From Ahrensia sp. (GTDB lineage Bacteria > Pseudomonadota > Alphaproteobacteria > Rhizobiales > Rhizobiaceae), in NCBI GenBank assembly GCA_049682915.1, contig JBAUIL010000161.1, positions 1,044 to 65,043 on the forward strand: a stretch of 64,000 nucleotides of DNA. The letters are read 5' to 3'. The position numbers were made by a program, and so were the translations under genes. Shown here piece after piece: positions 9,824 to 19,314 of this stretch. Numbering within the stretch: the first letter of the stretch is position 1; each line of letters opens with the position of its first letter. The notes below the pieces were generated by a model. That model saw only the letters and a list, made by a program, of their open reading frames with translations, made no database searches and was not told the DNA's origin.

Positions 9824-11821
9824 CTATCCACGCCGGAAAGCGGCGACGCCACGCGGTGGCAGTTTAATGTCACCCAAGACCAAGGGCGCAACGCCCACAA
9901 GCGGGCTGATGTCTTGGGTTTCGGGCCCGTAATTGAAGATGTAACGCAGCGCGCCATTGTCACGGATGCGCACATCGCGGTGCAGCGCAACGGGCTGCAA
10001 GCCCGCCTGTTCGACGCAGGCCTTGATGATGGTATCGGCCAATGCAGCGTCTGGGCGACCGGCCACATAGTGCACCCGCTTCTGGCTGAACCAGACACCA
10101 TGGCCGTCTTCGGTTTTGGCACGCAGATCAACGCCATCGGTCGTGCGGACAAATTCACGCCAGCCCTCGACCTGCCCGGCGGCGTCGGTCATGGGCAATG
10201 GCGCGAAAGGCGGACGGCTTTCAACCCGCGTTACCTTCAGATCAATCAGGCGCTGTAGCGCGCCCGGCGGCAGCTCTGGATGAATTTGGAAGTCACCGGT
10301 TTTGGAGCCGGTGCGCGGCCCCAGAACCACAACGCCATCACCCGCCGCCAATGCATTCACCAGCGCGTCGTCAACCGAGAAAAGACCGGCAATGACGACG
10401 AGCTTTCGGTTTTCAACCGCTTCAGCGGTGGGTGGCACGACATCGACGGATAGGCCCAGCCGGCGCAGGGCGCGATACCAGCGCAAGACCGTGTCGAGCG
10501 CCGAGAAGTCCGCGCCTTGTGGCTGTATGTTCCACGCCCACGCGCTTTCATAGTCAAACACCAGCGCCACATCGGCGCGGTCATTGGAGGCCGTGGCTTC
10601 CAAACTGTCCAACGCCTTGCTGATATGGGTGGCGGCGTGAAACGCCTCGTTTTTTTCGCCGTTGGGCAGCAGCATCGCTTCGTGCAATTGCTCCTGGCCG
10701 AACGAGGGTTGGCGCCAGCGGAAATAGGCAACCAATTCGGCTCCATGGGCAAACGCTTCCCAAGCCCACAAGGAGACAGCGCCTTCGAACGGCGCAGGAT
10801 TATAGGGTGCCCAGTTCACAGGGCCGGGCTGCTGTTCCATCACCCACCAACGGCCTTTATGCTGGCCGTTGCGGCGCTGGCCGCAGGCCCGGTAAAGGTC
10901 GTGGTGAAATGCTTGCAGGTCAGGATAACCAACGCCAAGATAGCGCTTCTTGATCTCCTCATCGCTGCTATCGCGATCCAGAAAGCCGATGGGGTATGAA
11001 TCCCAAGTTGCGATATCCAGATCATCGCTCACCGCATAATGGTCAAAATCCGTAAAAGACCCCATGAAATTGTGGCTGATGGGATGGGGCGAGTGGGCGC
11101 GGATGATGTCGGTTTGTAGCTTGTTGAACGAGACGACCTGCTCTGACGCATAGCGTCTGAAATCCAGCACATGGGCAGGGTTGGGCTCGGTCACCGTGCG
11201 GTTGGGTAATTCGACCGCGCCAAAGTCGTTGTACTCCATCGACCAGAACACATTACCCCAGGCGCGGTTGAGCGCGTCGGGTGACTGATATTTCTGCGCC
11301 AGCCAGTCGCGAAACCCGTCGCGCGCGGCGATTGAATAGCTGACAATGGTGTCGTGGCAGCCATATTCATTGTCGGTTTGCCAGGCGGCCAGTGCCGGAT
11401 GGTTGCCGTAGCGTTTGGCCAATTGGGTGACGATGCGCTGGCATTCGCGCCGGTAGCCCGCATGGCTGAAACAATAATGCCGCCGTGAGCCGAACCCACG
11501 CGGATGGCCATCAAAATCGACCGCCACCATATCGGGCATCTCATCAACCAGCCATTTGGGCGGTGTGGCGGTCGGCGTACCGAGCACGATTTTCAGACCG
11601 GCTGCGGCCAGCACATCCATCGCACGGTCCAGCCAATCAAAGTCATAGGCACCGCGATGCGGCTCCAGGCGCGACCATGCAAATTCGCCGATGCGCACAC
11701 GGGTGAGACCAGCCTCACCCATCAGCGCGGCGTCAACGGGCCAGCGTTCTTCCGGCCAATGTTCGGGGTAATAGCAGGTGCCCAATGTCTGCCTGCGGGT
11801 TTGGCGGGGGGTGTCGCTCAT
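9824..11821 (-). CDS. beta-galactosidase, glycoside hydrolase family 42
   Basis: 665 aa. Contains GTCYYPEHWPEERW, an acid/base region WQTDNEYGCH and a nucleophile region WWVMEQQPGPVNW, all typical of GH42. Confidence 0.9.
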   Translation of the reverse strand: MSDTPRQTRRQTLGTCYYPEHWPEERWPVDAALMGEAGLTRVRIGEFAWSRLEPHRGAYDFDWLDRAMDVLAAAGLKIVLGTPTATPPKWLVDEMPDMVAVDFDGHPRGFGSRRHYCFSHAGYRRECQRIVTQLAKRYGNHPALAAWQTDNEYGCHDTIVSYSIAARDGFRDWLAQKYQSPDALNRAWGNVFWSMEYNDFGAVELPNRTVTEPNPAHVLDFRRYASEQVVSFNKLQTDIIRAHSPHPISHNFMGSFTDFDHYAVSDDLDIATWDSYPIGFLDRDSSDEEIKKRYLGVGYPDLQAFHHDLYRACGQRRNGQHKGRWWVMEQQPGPVNWAPYNPAPFEGAVSLWAWEAFAHGAELVAYFRWRQPSFGQEQLHEAMLLPNGEKNEAFHAATHISKALDSLEATASNDRADVALVFDYESAWAWNIQPQGADFSALDTVLRWYRALRRLGLSVDVVPPTAEAVENRKLVVIAGLFSVDDALVNALAAGDGVVVLGPRTGSKTGDFQIHPELPPGALQRLIDLKVTRVESRPPFAPLPMTDAAGQVEGWREFVRTTDGVDLRAKTEDGHGVWFSQKRVHYVAGRPDAALADTIIKACVEQAGLQPVALHRDVRIRDNGALRYIFNYGPETQDISPLVGVAPLVLGDIKLPPRGVAAFRRG

Positions 11822-12684
11822 CGTTTCACACGTGGCTCGAATTTCGCATCGACCCCGGCATCGATGATGAAGGTCTTACCGGCATGGCTGTCGGTCGCCT
11901 TTTGGGAGTCATCCATGCCCTTCCAGGCACTCGTGACGGCGAGACGTCCATTGCCGATAAAGGCCGGACAGGTCGGCTGTGCCGTCGGCATGGTGATGGT
12001 CTGCAGCCGTTTTCCGGTGCCGTCATAGCGGTCAACACAGGCGGCACCCCAGCGCGCATTCCAGATGTCACCGTGCGCATCGGTGACCGCGCCATCAAGG
12101 CCGCCGTCCTGGCCGGTGTGATCGTAAAACACGGTCGCTTCGCCCTGCGGCAGGCCTGTCAATGGATCGACATCAACCCGCATCAGCCTGGCGGTCATTG
12201 TGTCCGTCCAAAAGCCGGTCTTGCCATCGGGCGAAAAGCAGATGGCATTTGGAATGGATATCTTGTTCCACAGCAAACTCACCGCGCCGTCGCGATAGTG
12301 ATAGATCGCGCCCTGTTCAGGTGCTTCATTCTTGGCCATGGTGCCAAGCCACATCGCACCGGACGGGTGCACGCGCGCATCATTGCTGCGGGTGGTTTCA
12401 TCGTCCGGCTCGATATAGACTTGCGGTGTCCAGCAGCCGGTGCCGATCTCGTGCAACCACAGGCCGGTCTCCGTGAAAATGAGATCATAGGTCTCATCAA
12501 CAGATGCCATGGCGCTGGCCATTTCAGGCAGGTAGATAAAGGTTTCCAGCCCTGTTTTGAAGGCGTGCGCGTAGCGGCGCTTTTCCAGAATATCAAACCA
12601 ATAGAGTGTGTCGCGGCGCGGGCAATAAAACGGGCCCTCACCTAAGTGACAGCGCGTATGCGATAAAATCGAAACCTCAGACAC
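11818..12684 (-). CDS. SMP-30/gluconolactonase/LRE-family sugar lactonase
   Basis: 288 aa with CHLGEGPFYCPRRDTLYWFDI and beta-propeller-type repeats. Lies in an operon with dgoK and dgoA. Confidence 0.85.
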   Translation of the reverse strand: MSEVSILSHTRCHLGEGPFYCPRRDTLYWFDILEKRRYAHAFKTGLETFIYLPEMASAMASVDETYDLIFTETGLWLHEIGTGCWTPQVYIEPDDETTRSNDARVHPSGAMWLGTMAKNEAPEQGAIYHYRDGAVSLLWNKISIPNAICFSPDGKTGFWTDTMTARLMRVDVDPLTGLPQGEATVFYDHTGQDGGLDGAVTDAHGDIWNARWGAACVDRYDGTGKRLQTITMPTAQPTCPAFIGNGRLAVTSAWKGMDDSQKATDSHAGKTFIIDAGVDAKFEPRVKR

Positions 12685-13330
12685 GAAACTCGCCTTTCAC
12701 CAGAGCGTCCCAAGCGGCGACCGCCTTTGTTGCGCGCGCACCGACCTCCTTGGCAGACAGGCCGGGCTTGTAGAGCGACGAGCCGAGACCGAAGACATCA
12801 ACACCTTTTTCCAGATAGGTCGCAAAGTCATTTTCCGAGACGCCACCAACGGCACCGACCACACAATCACTCGGCAGCACCGCTCTAATGGCGGCGATGC
12901 CTGCTGCGCCCAGCACGCTTGCCGGGAAAAACTTGAGCGCAGACGCGCCAGCCTGCAAGGCGGCGAGCGCTTCGGTGGGCGTGAACACGCCGGGCATGGT
13001 GACCATATGATGATGGGCCGCGCGCGCCAACACGGCTGCATTGACATTGGGCGAGACAAGCAGCCTGCCACCCGCATCCGCCAGCCGGTCAACTGACACG
13101 ACATCCAGCACCGTGCCCGCGCCGATGAGCGTGGTGTCGCCATGGCGCTTGACCATCGCCTCAATCGACGAAAACGGGTCAGGCGAGTTCAGCGGAATTT
13201 CAATGGCCGGGATACCGGCTTCAACCAGCGCATCGGCAACGGGGCCAATCTCATCAGGTTTCACGCCGCGTAAAATGGCGACCAGACCACGCTCAAGTCC
13301 GGGCCAATCAGCGCTTTTTGTTCGGGTCAT
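12677..13330 (-). CDS. dgoA: 2-dehydro-3-deoxy-6-phosphogalactonate (KDPGal) aldolase
   Basis: Eda/DgoA motifs AILRGVKPDE, IEIPLNSP, GAGTVL, LVSPN, PGVFTPTEA, LKFFPA. Trimmed to ATG 13330 (MTRTKS...), which overlaps the dgoK stop by 1 nt (TGATG). Confidence 0.85.
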   Translation of the reverse strand: MTRTKSADWPGLERGLVAILRGVKPDEIGPVADALVEAGIPAIEIPLNSPDPFSSIEAMVKRHGDTTLIGAGTVLDVVSVDRLADAGGRLLVSPNVNAAVLARAAHHHMVTMPGVFTPTEALAALQAGASALKFFPASVLGAAGIAAIRAVLPSDCVVGAVGGVSENDFATYLEKGVDVFGLGSSLYKPGLSAKEVGARATKAVAAWDALVKGEFRV

Positions 13331-14274
13331 CAGGCGGTCTTTCTGTGCGATGGGTTGATCATGCGCTCCGGCCATAATTGGCCGCCAATAGAGACAAGCC
13401 CGGCAAGCGCAAGCGCCTCGCCGTCATGCTCATCAACGCCGATACCGGCCATGTGCAAGGCCGTGCGGTAGGCCGCGCCAAGCGCGTTGCCGCCAACCAA
13501 TTGCACCTGATCAGCAGGATTGTCGCCATGGGTCAACGCCGCAATATCGAGCCCGATAAGCAAGCCGGACAGGCGTGAGAGTGTCGCATCAGCGGGCGTG
13601 TCGAAAAGCAGCCCACCGGCGCGCAATTGAAACAGGGACGGCAACACCAAATGCGGCGCAGCCAACGCATCGCGCACGCCCCCTGCGAAGGCTTCACCGT
13701 GTGCGTCAACCGTGCCGCCGTCGACCGAATGGCGCAAAATGGTCTCGCGTTTCAGCACGCAAAACAGGTCGCCCACCATGGCGGTGTGAAAATCGGTGAT
13801 CGCGCCTTGCGCGACGCGCACCCATTTTGTGTGAGTGCCGGGCATGCAGACAGCGGTGTCGGTTACGCCTTGACTGACAAGGCCTAGCACCTGGGTTTCT
13901 TCCGAGCGCATGACATCGGGTGCGGTCGGATGGCGTTGCGCGACGCCGGGCAAAATGGCGATGGCGCGCTTTCCCATCTCAAACCGGGTTGCCCCTTGGC
14001 CGAGACGGTCCAGCTTGCAAGGCGTTGGCAGATAGGCGGCCTCGCGCCAGCCTTGGCGTGATCCGGCCATGCCGCAGATGACCACGGGCACATCGGGTGC
14101 AGCGCCAAGCTGCTCAAGATGCGCCTCCAAAATCGCACCATAATCATCGCGCCTCAGCGTGCTCATGCCTTGCGATGAATGACGCATGCTTAAAGCCATC
14201 CCTGCCCGGTCCACCGACCAGGCACGGAAATGGGTTGTGCCCCAATCAACAGCCACAAAGGCGATGTCGGGCAT
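13330..14274 (-). CDS. dgoK: 2-dehydro-3-deoxygalactonokinase
   Basis: N-terminus MPDIAFVAVDWGTTHFRAW matches the DgoK family. The track ORF (to 14469) would overlap the SDR gene. ATG 14274 lies 5 nt after the SDR stop and gives about 314 aa. Confidence 0.85.
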   Translation of the reverse strand: MPDIAFVAVDWGTTHFRAWSVDRAGMALSMRHSSQGMSTLRRDDYGAILEAHLEQLGAAPDVPVVICGMAGSRQGWREAAYLPTPCKLDRLGQGATRFEMGKRAIAILPGVAQRHPTAPDVMRSEETQVLGLVSQGVTDTAVCMPGTHTKWVRVAQGAITDFHTAMVGDLFCVLKRETILRHSVDGGTVDAHGEAFAGGVRDALAAPHLVLPSLFQLRAGGLLFDTPADATLSRLSGLLIGLDIAALTHGDNPADQVQLVGGNALGAAYRTALHMAGIGVDEHDGEALALAGLVSIGGQLWPERMINPSHRKTA

Positions 14275-14279
14275 GGCGC

Positions 14280-15056
14280 TCACTGCAGGCCGCCATCGGC
14301 GATGATGGTTTGCGCTGAGATGGAACTGGCCGCGCTGGACGCCAAAAACAGGCACGGCCCCGCCATTTCTTCCGGCTGAAGCGGATGTTTCAGGCTTTGA
14401 CGTCCGACCATCTCCGCGAGGCTCTCCTCGGTCACCCACAAATCCTTCTGGCGCTTGGTCATAATCCAACCGGGCGCTATCGCATTGACGCGGATATTGT
14501 GTTTTCCAAGCTTGCCCGCCATGCCCTTTGTCAGGCCGATAATGCCCGCCTTTGAGGCGGTGTAGGCCGGCATATCGCCAATGTTGAGCATGAATGATGT
14601 CGAGGTGAAATTGACGATGGCCCCGCCGCCCATCGCCTTCATGCCTTCAACCACCGCCTGAATGGTGAAAAACTGGTGGCGCAGATTGATCGCCGTGTTC
14701 TTCTCCCAATAGGCGACATCCACATCTTCGATTTCGTGGCGGTCGTCCCATGCGGCATTGTTGACAAGCACCTTGATAGGCCCATGAGCAGACACCGCCT
14801 GATCAACGGCTTGCTTGATTGCATCGACGTCTGAAAGGTCGACATTGAGATGCAGCGGACGATTTTTATATTGTGTGTCCAAGCGATCGCAAAGAGCCGC
14901 GCTTTCGGCCTGCGCAATATCGATGAAAGCGACGCGCGCGCCTTGGGCGACAAAGCCCTCGGTCAGGGCTGCGCCAATGCCGGAGCCGCCGCCGGTGATC
15001 AGTACAGAGGCGTCTTTGAACTCGGGATAGATGGGCAGGTTAGACATGATGTTCAT
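14280..15056 (-). CDS. short-chain dehydrogenase/reductase, probable sugar (galactose-type) 1-dehydrogenase
   Basis: TGGGSGIG cofactor motif, NNAA, and a YxxxK catalytic pair (YTASKAG). The substrate is inferred only from operon context. Confidence 0.75.
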   Translation of the reverse strand: MNIMSNLPIYPEFKDASVLITGGGSGIGAALTEGFVAQGARVAFIDIAQAESAALCDRLDTQYKNRPLHLNVDLSDVDAIKQAVDQAVSAHGPIKVLVNNAAWDDRHEIEDVDVAYWEKNTAINLRHQFFTIQAVVEGMKAMGGGAIVNFTSTSFMLNIGDMPAYTASKAGIIGLTKGMAGKLGKHNIRVNAIAPGWIMTKRQKDLWVTEESLAEMVGRQSLKHPLQPEEMAGPCLFLASSAASSISAQTIIADGGLQ

Positions 15057-17113
15057 CCAGTTTTCGTGCCAGCGTAGACGAGCATGGAGGCCGGGAAAAG
15101 GCTTGGAATGCGCAATCCCGCACTCATTAATGCACGACCGGAGAGGGTGATTTCTTGGGTGCGATCAATGCCGCTGTTTTGGTTGAGAACGCCGGGCGTT
15201 GCGGCAAGTTCGAAAGGCTTGACGCAATAGGCGTGATCGGCTGTCAGACCGGCAAGGCGCACCGGCAGTTCAGCAATCTGAGGTGATGTACCAGCACGGC
15301 CGACAAACGCGACAAAGCGGCTTTTGTCGGGCGCAACAAAAGCTTCCGCGAAAACCTCCGCGTCGGGATGATCCAGCCGGAAATGATCGGCACTGAACAT
15401 GAAATCGCGATTGGCTTTGTACCATGCGGTTGCCTGTTTCAGCGTCTCGGCTTCCTCATCGGTCAACTCACGCGGGTCCATCTCGAAACCCATGTGCCGT
15501 TGTGCTGCGACCAACGCGCGCAATGCCATCGGCAGGATGCGGCCCGAAGTGTGGCACTGACGCGGGCCGACATGGCTGCCCTGCACGTGCGGCGGCAACC
15601 AACGGCTCGCCTCGTGCTGCATGCGCAACCGCTCCAGCGCGTCATTGGAGTCCGACAGCCAAACGCGGGTGGTGTGCTTGAGCATGCCATAGTCAACGCG
15701 GCCGCCACCCGATGCGCAGCTTTCGATGTGCAAATCGGGATAGGCCGCATTCAAGCGCTCCAGCAGCGCGTAGAGCGCCAAGGTCTGCGCCGCGCTACCG
15801 CCGGTCAAAATGCGGTTGTGGTCCCACTTGATATAGCTGACTGGATAGGCCTCGATGATCGCTGCCATCGCGTCAAACAGATAGTCCGTGACCGCTGATT
15901 TGGACAGATCCAGTACGAACTGGCCTCTACCGGATGGTTGATCTTGCGGACCCAAAACCCAATCGGGATGGGCGCGGTAGAGATCGCTGTCGGTGTTGAC
16001 CATTTCCGGCTCAAACCAGATGCCAAATTCCATGCCGCAGGCGATGATGTGGTCGACCAGCGGCGACAGGCCTTCAGGAAATTTTGCGGTGTCCACCGTC
16101 CAATCGCCCAGCGATGTTGTGTCGTCATTGCGGCCTTTGAACCAGCCATCATCGAGCACGAAGCGTTCAGCCCCCAAGGCTGCAGCACGGGTGGCAATGT
16201 CTTTGAGCTCGTCAATGGAATGGCGGAAATAAACCGCCTCCCAGCAGTTATAATGCACCGGGCGTGAGGCAGGCTTGGGCAGGCTGGCACGCACATGGTT
16301 TTGCATGGCCTGCGATGCGCCATTGAAACCAGTGTCAGAATAGCCGACCCAGATTTCGCGGCTCGCTATTGTCGCGCCATCGCTGAAACCGAACTGCACC
16401 TGCTGGCGGCCATCGGGTGCGCGTTCTGCCACCATGCGGTGACCGCCAGACCATGTCATCGCCACGGCGAGGCATTCGCCGGTATTTTCGTCGCAACTGT
16501 CGGCGGCAAAATACGCGCCGGGAAAATGACCATGGCCCGACCGGCCTTCATGGCTTTCGCGCACATGGCGGCCCATCACAAAGCAGGTTTCTTGCTTTTG
16601 GAATTCACCGCACCAGCGCCCGCCATGGTCGATGATGCGCGTCAGATGTGCCGGTATGGGCACCGCCGCTGCGAGCCACCCATGATCGGCGGTTTGCGGC
16701 GTCACACAGATTTGCAGCAGGCCTGTTTGCGCGCAAAGAAACACCGATAGGTCTATGTCGCCTGCGCCCTGCACGCACCAAGCCAGGCGTGAGGATGTTT
16801 CGCTGGTCGCAGTCGCGGTCAGCTTCGGGGCGGCCTCGCCCATCCACTTGATTCCGGGGTTGCCTTGCCAGCCATCCATCGCCGCGGGCAGCAGGGTCAA
16901 CGGGACAACGGGATCCAACTGTCCACCGGCGACCGGCGGCAAGCTCATCCGCGCCAAGCTCTCTAAATTCTCACGCTCCGGAAGGCACAGGCCAAAATAG
17001 ATCAATGCCGGGCAGCCGCCATCAAACGACGCAAACACAGCGCTGCGGGAAGCCGCATCGAGGCGCCAGCAGGCAATGGCGATGTCTTTACCCTTTTTGG
17101 ATCGGCTCAGCAT
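15053..17113 (-). CDS. alpha-galactosidase, glycoside hydrolase family 36
   Basis: 686 aa. GH36 motifs FVLDDGWF, YIKWDHNR (nucleophile Asp region) and ESCASGGGRVDYGML. Confidence 0.9.
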   Translation of the reverse strand: MLSRSKKGKDIAIACWRLDAASRSAVFASFDGGCPALIYFGLCLPERENLESLARMSLPPVAGGQLDPVVPLTLLPAAMDGWQGNPGIKWMGEAAPKLTATATSETSSRLAWCVQGAGDIDLSVFLCAQTGLLQICVTPQTADHGWLAAAVPIPAHLTRIIDHGGRWCGEFQKQETCFVMGRHVRESHEGRSGHGHFPGAYFAADSCDENTGECLAVAMTWSGGHRMVAERAPDGRQQVQFGFSDGATIASREIWVGYSDTGFNGASQAMQNHVRASLPKPASRPVHYNCWEAVYFRHSIDELKDIATRAAALGAERFVLDDGWFKGRNDDTTSLGDWTVDTAKFPEGLSPLVDHIIACGMEFGIWFEPEMVNTDSDLYRAHPDWVLGPQDQPSGRGQFVLDLSKSAVTDYLFDAMAAIIEAYPVSYIKWDHNRILTGGSAAQTLALYALLERLNAAYPDLHIESCASGGGRVDYGMLKHTTRVWLSDSNDALERLRMQHEASRWLPPHVQGSHVGPRQCHTSGRILPMALRALVAAQRHMGFEMDPRELTDEEAETLKQATAWYKANRDFMFSADHFRLDHPDAEVFAEAFVAPDKSRFVAFVGRAGTSPQIAELPVRLAGLTADHAYCVKPFELAATPGVLNQNSGIDRTQEITLSGRALMSAGLRIPSLFPASMLVYAGTKTG

Positions 17114-17119
17114 GGTCGA

Positions 17120-17971
17120 TCAGCCCTTTGTCGCGCCAAGCGTAAGGCCAGCGATGAAATGTTTTTGCATCAGAAAGAACATCACGACCGGCGGCACCGC
17201 CGCCAGCAGCGACGCAGCCGACACCAGATGCCATTGCTGCACAAACTCGCCATTGAGCGTACGCACACCCACGGTGATCGGCAGGCTCGCATCGTCCTGC
17301 AGCATGACGGTAGCCCAGAAAAAATCGTTCCAGATGAAGGTGAAAATCAAAACCGAGAGCGCCGCAACGGCAGGCTTCACCAGCGGCATGACGAGATGCC
17401 AGAAAATGCGGAACTCATCGACGCCTTCAATGCGCGCGGCCTCGATCAACTCGTAGGGCAGCGCCTTGATGAAATTGCGCATGAACAAGGTGCAGAAACC
17501 GGTTTGGAATGCGGCGTGAAACAGCACAAGCCCCGGCACGGTGTTGATCATTTCGAGCCGTGTTGACAGGTCAACGACCGGCAGCATGAGGATTTGAAAC
17601 GGCACGAAATTACCGGCAACAAAGATGAAAAACAGCGGCAGCGCGGATTTGAAGCGGTAAATCGCCAGCGCATAGCCCGTCAGACAGGCCAGCCCCACGG
17701 ACAGGATCATCGTCGGGATAGTTATGATCAGCGTGTTGAGCATGTAGTTGACCGCGCGCGGACGCGACAGCACTTCGGCATAGTTTGAAATCAGCGCGAA
17801 TTCGGACGGGATGCCAAACAGGTTGCCCGTGTTGATATCAACGGCTGTGCGGATGGATGTCATGAAAATGGCCAGCAGAGGCAGCAGCCAGACAATCAGC
17901 GCGACCGGTAACGCGAGTTTATAGACCAGTTGTGCTGCGGGAGTGCGTTTTTCGATGGGTCTCGGAAACAT
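17120..17971 (-). CDS. carbohydrate ABC transporter permease (MalG-like)
   Basis: 283 aa, 6 TM, with an EAA-type loop LIEAARIEGVDEFRIFWHLVMPL. Confidence 0.9.
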   Translation of the reverse strand: MFPRPIEKRTPAAQLVYKLALPVALIVWLLPLLAIFMTSIRTAVDINTGNLFGIPSEFALISNYAEVLSRPRAVNYMLNTLIITIPTMILSVGLACLTGYALAIYRFKSALPLFFIFVAGNFVPFQILMLPVVDLSTRLEMINTVPGLVLFHAAFQTGFCTLFMRNFIKALPYELIEAARIEGVDEFRIFWHLVMPLVKPAVAALSVLIFTFIWNDFFWATVMLQDDASLPITVGVRTLNGEFVQQWHLVSAASLLAAVPPVVMFFLMQKHFIAGLTLGATKG

Positions 17972-17972
17972 C

Positions 17973-19190
17973 TTAATGGCCCTCCTTCTCGTCCTGATAC
18001 ATCCGATACAGGAAGTAGCTGATGTAGATCAGCATGATGGCAAACAGCACGACGGCGATGGCCGAGCCATAGCCGTAACGTCCCACACCCTCGCCGACCG
18101 CCTGGTCATACATGTAGTATGCCAGCACATTGGTGGAGCCGAACGGCCCGCCCTGGGTCATGGTGGCAATCATATCAAATGAACGCAGCGCGCCGATGAC
18201 AGTGACCACAATGGCGATAAAGGTGGCAGGCTTGAGTTGCGGAAGAATGACGTGACGCAGCATTTTGAAACCGCGCGCGCCATCCAGCCGGCCTGCCTCA
18301 ATCTGGTCCGGCGACACATTGTTGAGACCGGTCAGATACAGGATCATGCAATAGGCGATTTGCGGCCACAGACCGGCGATGATGATGCCGTAAGTGGCGG
18401 AATGCTCATTGCCGAGAATTGAAGGCGGCGGCACCGAGCAAACCGTCGTCACATTGCCGACAATGTTGATGCGCTCCTCACAGAAAAAGAAGCCCCACAC
18501 TTCGGCCACCAGGCCAAAATCCGGGTTGTAGGCCCATGTAAAAATCAGACCAACGACAACCTGGCTGATCACAAACGGGAAGAAGAACAGAGATTTGTAA
18601 ATGCGGATACCGGTGACGGTCTGGTTCAGAAACAGGGCGATTGCCAAGCCGATTGGCACGGCAAGCATGTAGAGCACCAGCCACAGCACATTGTTCCACA
18701 GCGACGTATAGAAATTCGGATCATCCAACAGCAGCGCGTAGTTTTTCAGCCCTACCCACTCGCCGGTCCAATTGCCGTTAACATCGCGCAGGCCGTTCCA
18801 CTCGGTGAACGAATAGGTGAACGACTGGAAGATCGGGATGATCACATAGACCAGAAAGAAGCCCAAACCGACGGCCACAAACAACCACGGCGCGAATTTG
18901 ATTTGATTGCGCTTGTAGACCGATGTGCTGGTGATGGCGACAAACGCACCTGCCAATGCGGCAATCAGCAAAACCATGCGAATGAAGAATGTCGGCACGC
19001 GCGCTTCGCGACGCTGGTTGTAGCCAAGCCATTCCTGCACGGCACCGGGATCGACAATTGCAAACAGGCCAATAAGCGCGGCTACCAACACGGCAAGGCC
19101 GATCATCATGCGGGTGGGCTGCGGCGCATAGCGGTTTGCGCGGGCTTGACGGCCCGTACTCATGCCTGCTGTCAGATCAGCACTTGCCAT
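17973..19190 (-). CDS. carbohydrate ABC transporter permease (MalF-like, extended)
   Basis: 405 aa with an EAA loop IEAGRLDGARGFKMLRHVILPQL. It has extra N-terminal helices and a large loop insertion. Confidence 0.88.
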   Translation of the reverse strand: MASADLTAGMSTGRQARANRYAPQPTRMMIGLAVLVAALIGLFAIVDPGAVQEWLGYNQRREARVPTFFIRMVLLIAALAGAFVAITSTSVYKRNQIKFAPWLFVAVGLGFFLVYVIIPIFQSFTYSFTEWNGLRDVNGNWTGEWVGLKNYALLLDDPNFYTSLWNNVLWLVLYMLAVPIGLAIALFLNQTVTGIRIYKSLFFFPFVISQVVVGLIFTWAYNPDFGLVAEVWGFFFCEERINIVGNVTTVCSVPPPSILGNEHSATYGIIIAGLWPQIAYCMILYLTGLNNVSPDQIEAGRLDGARGFKMLRHVILPQLKPATFIAIVVTVIGALRSFDMIATMTQGGPFGSTNVLAYYMYDQAVGEGVGRYGYGSAIAVVLFAIMLIYISYFLYRMYQDEKEGH

Positions 19191-19273
19191 GATGGTCCCT
19201 CCCCCGTTGCCGAAATAAAGCTGATCACGGTGGCCTTGCGCCGCGTGGTCAGGTCAATGCCGGCAAAGGCAAT

Positions 19274-19300
19274 GCCGGGCCTGCGTGGTGCAGGCCCGGC
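19274..19300 (-). other. intercistronic GC-rich stem-loop after the binding-protein gene
   Basis: Perfect 11-bp stem GCCGGGCCTGC / GCAGGCCCGGC with a 5-nt loop. It starts 15 nt downstream of the SBP stop, inside the 124-nt SBP-permease spacer. There is no U-run. Confidence 0.6.
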
Positions 19301-19314
19301 GATTGATTGAATGC

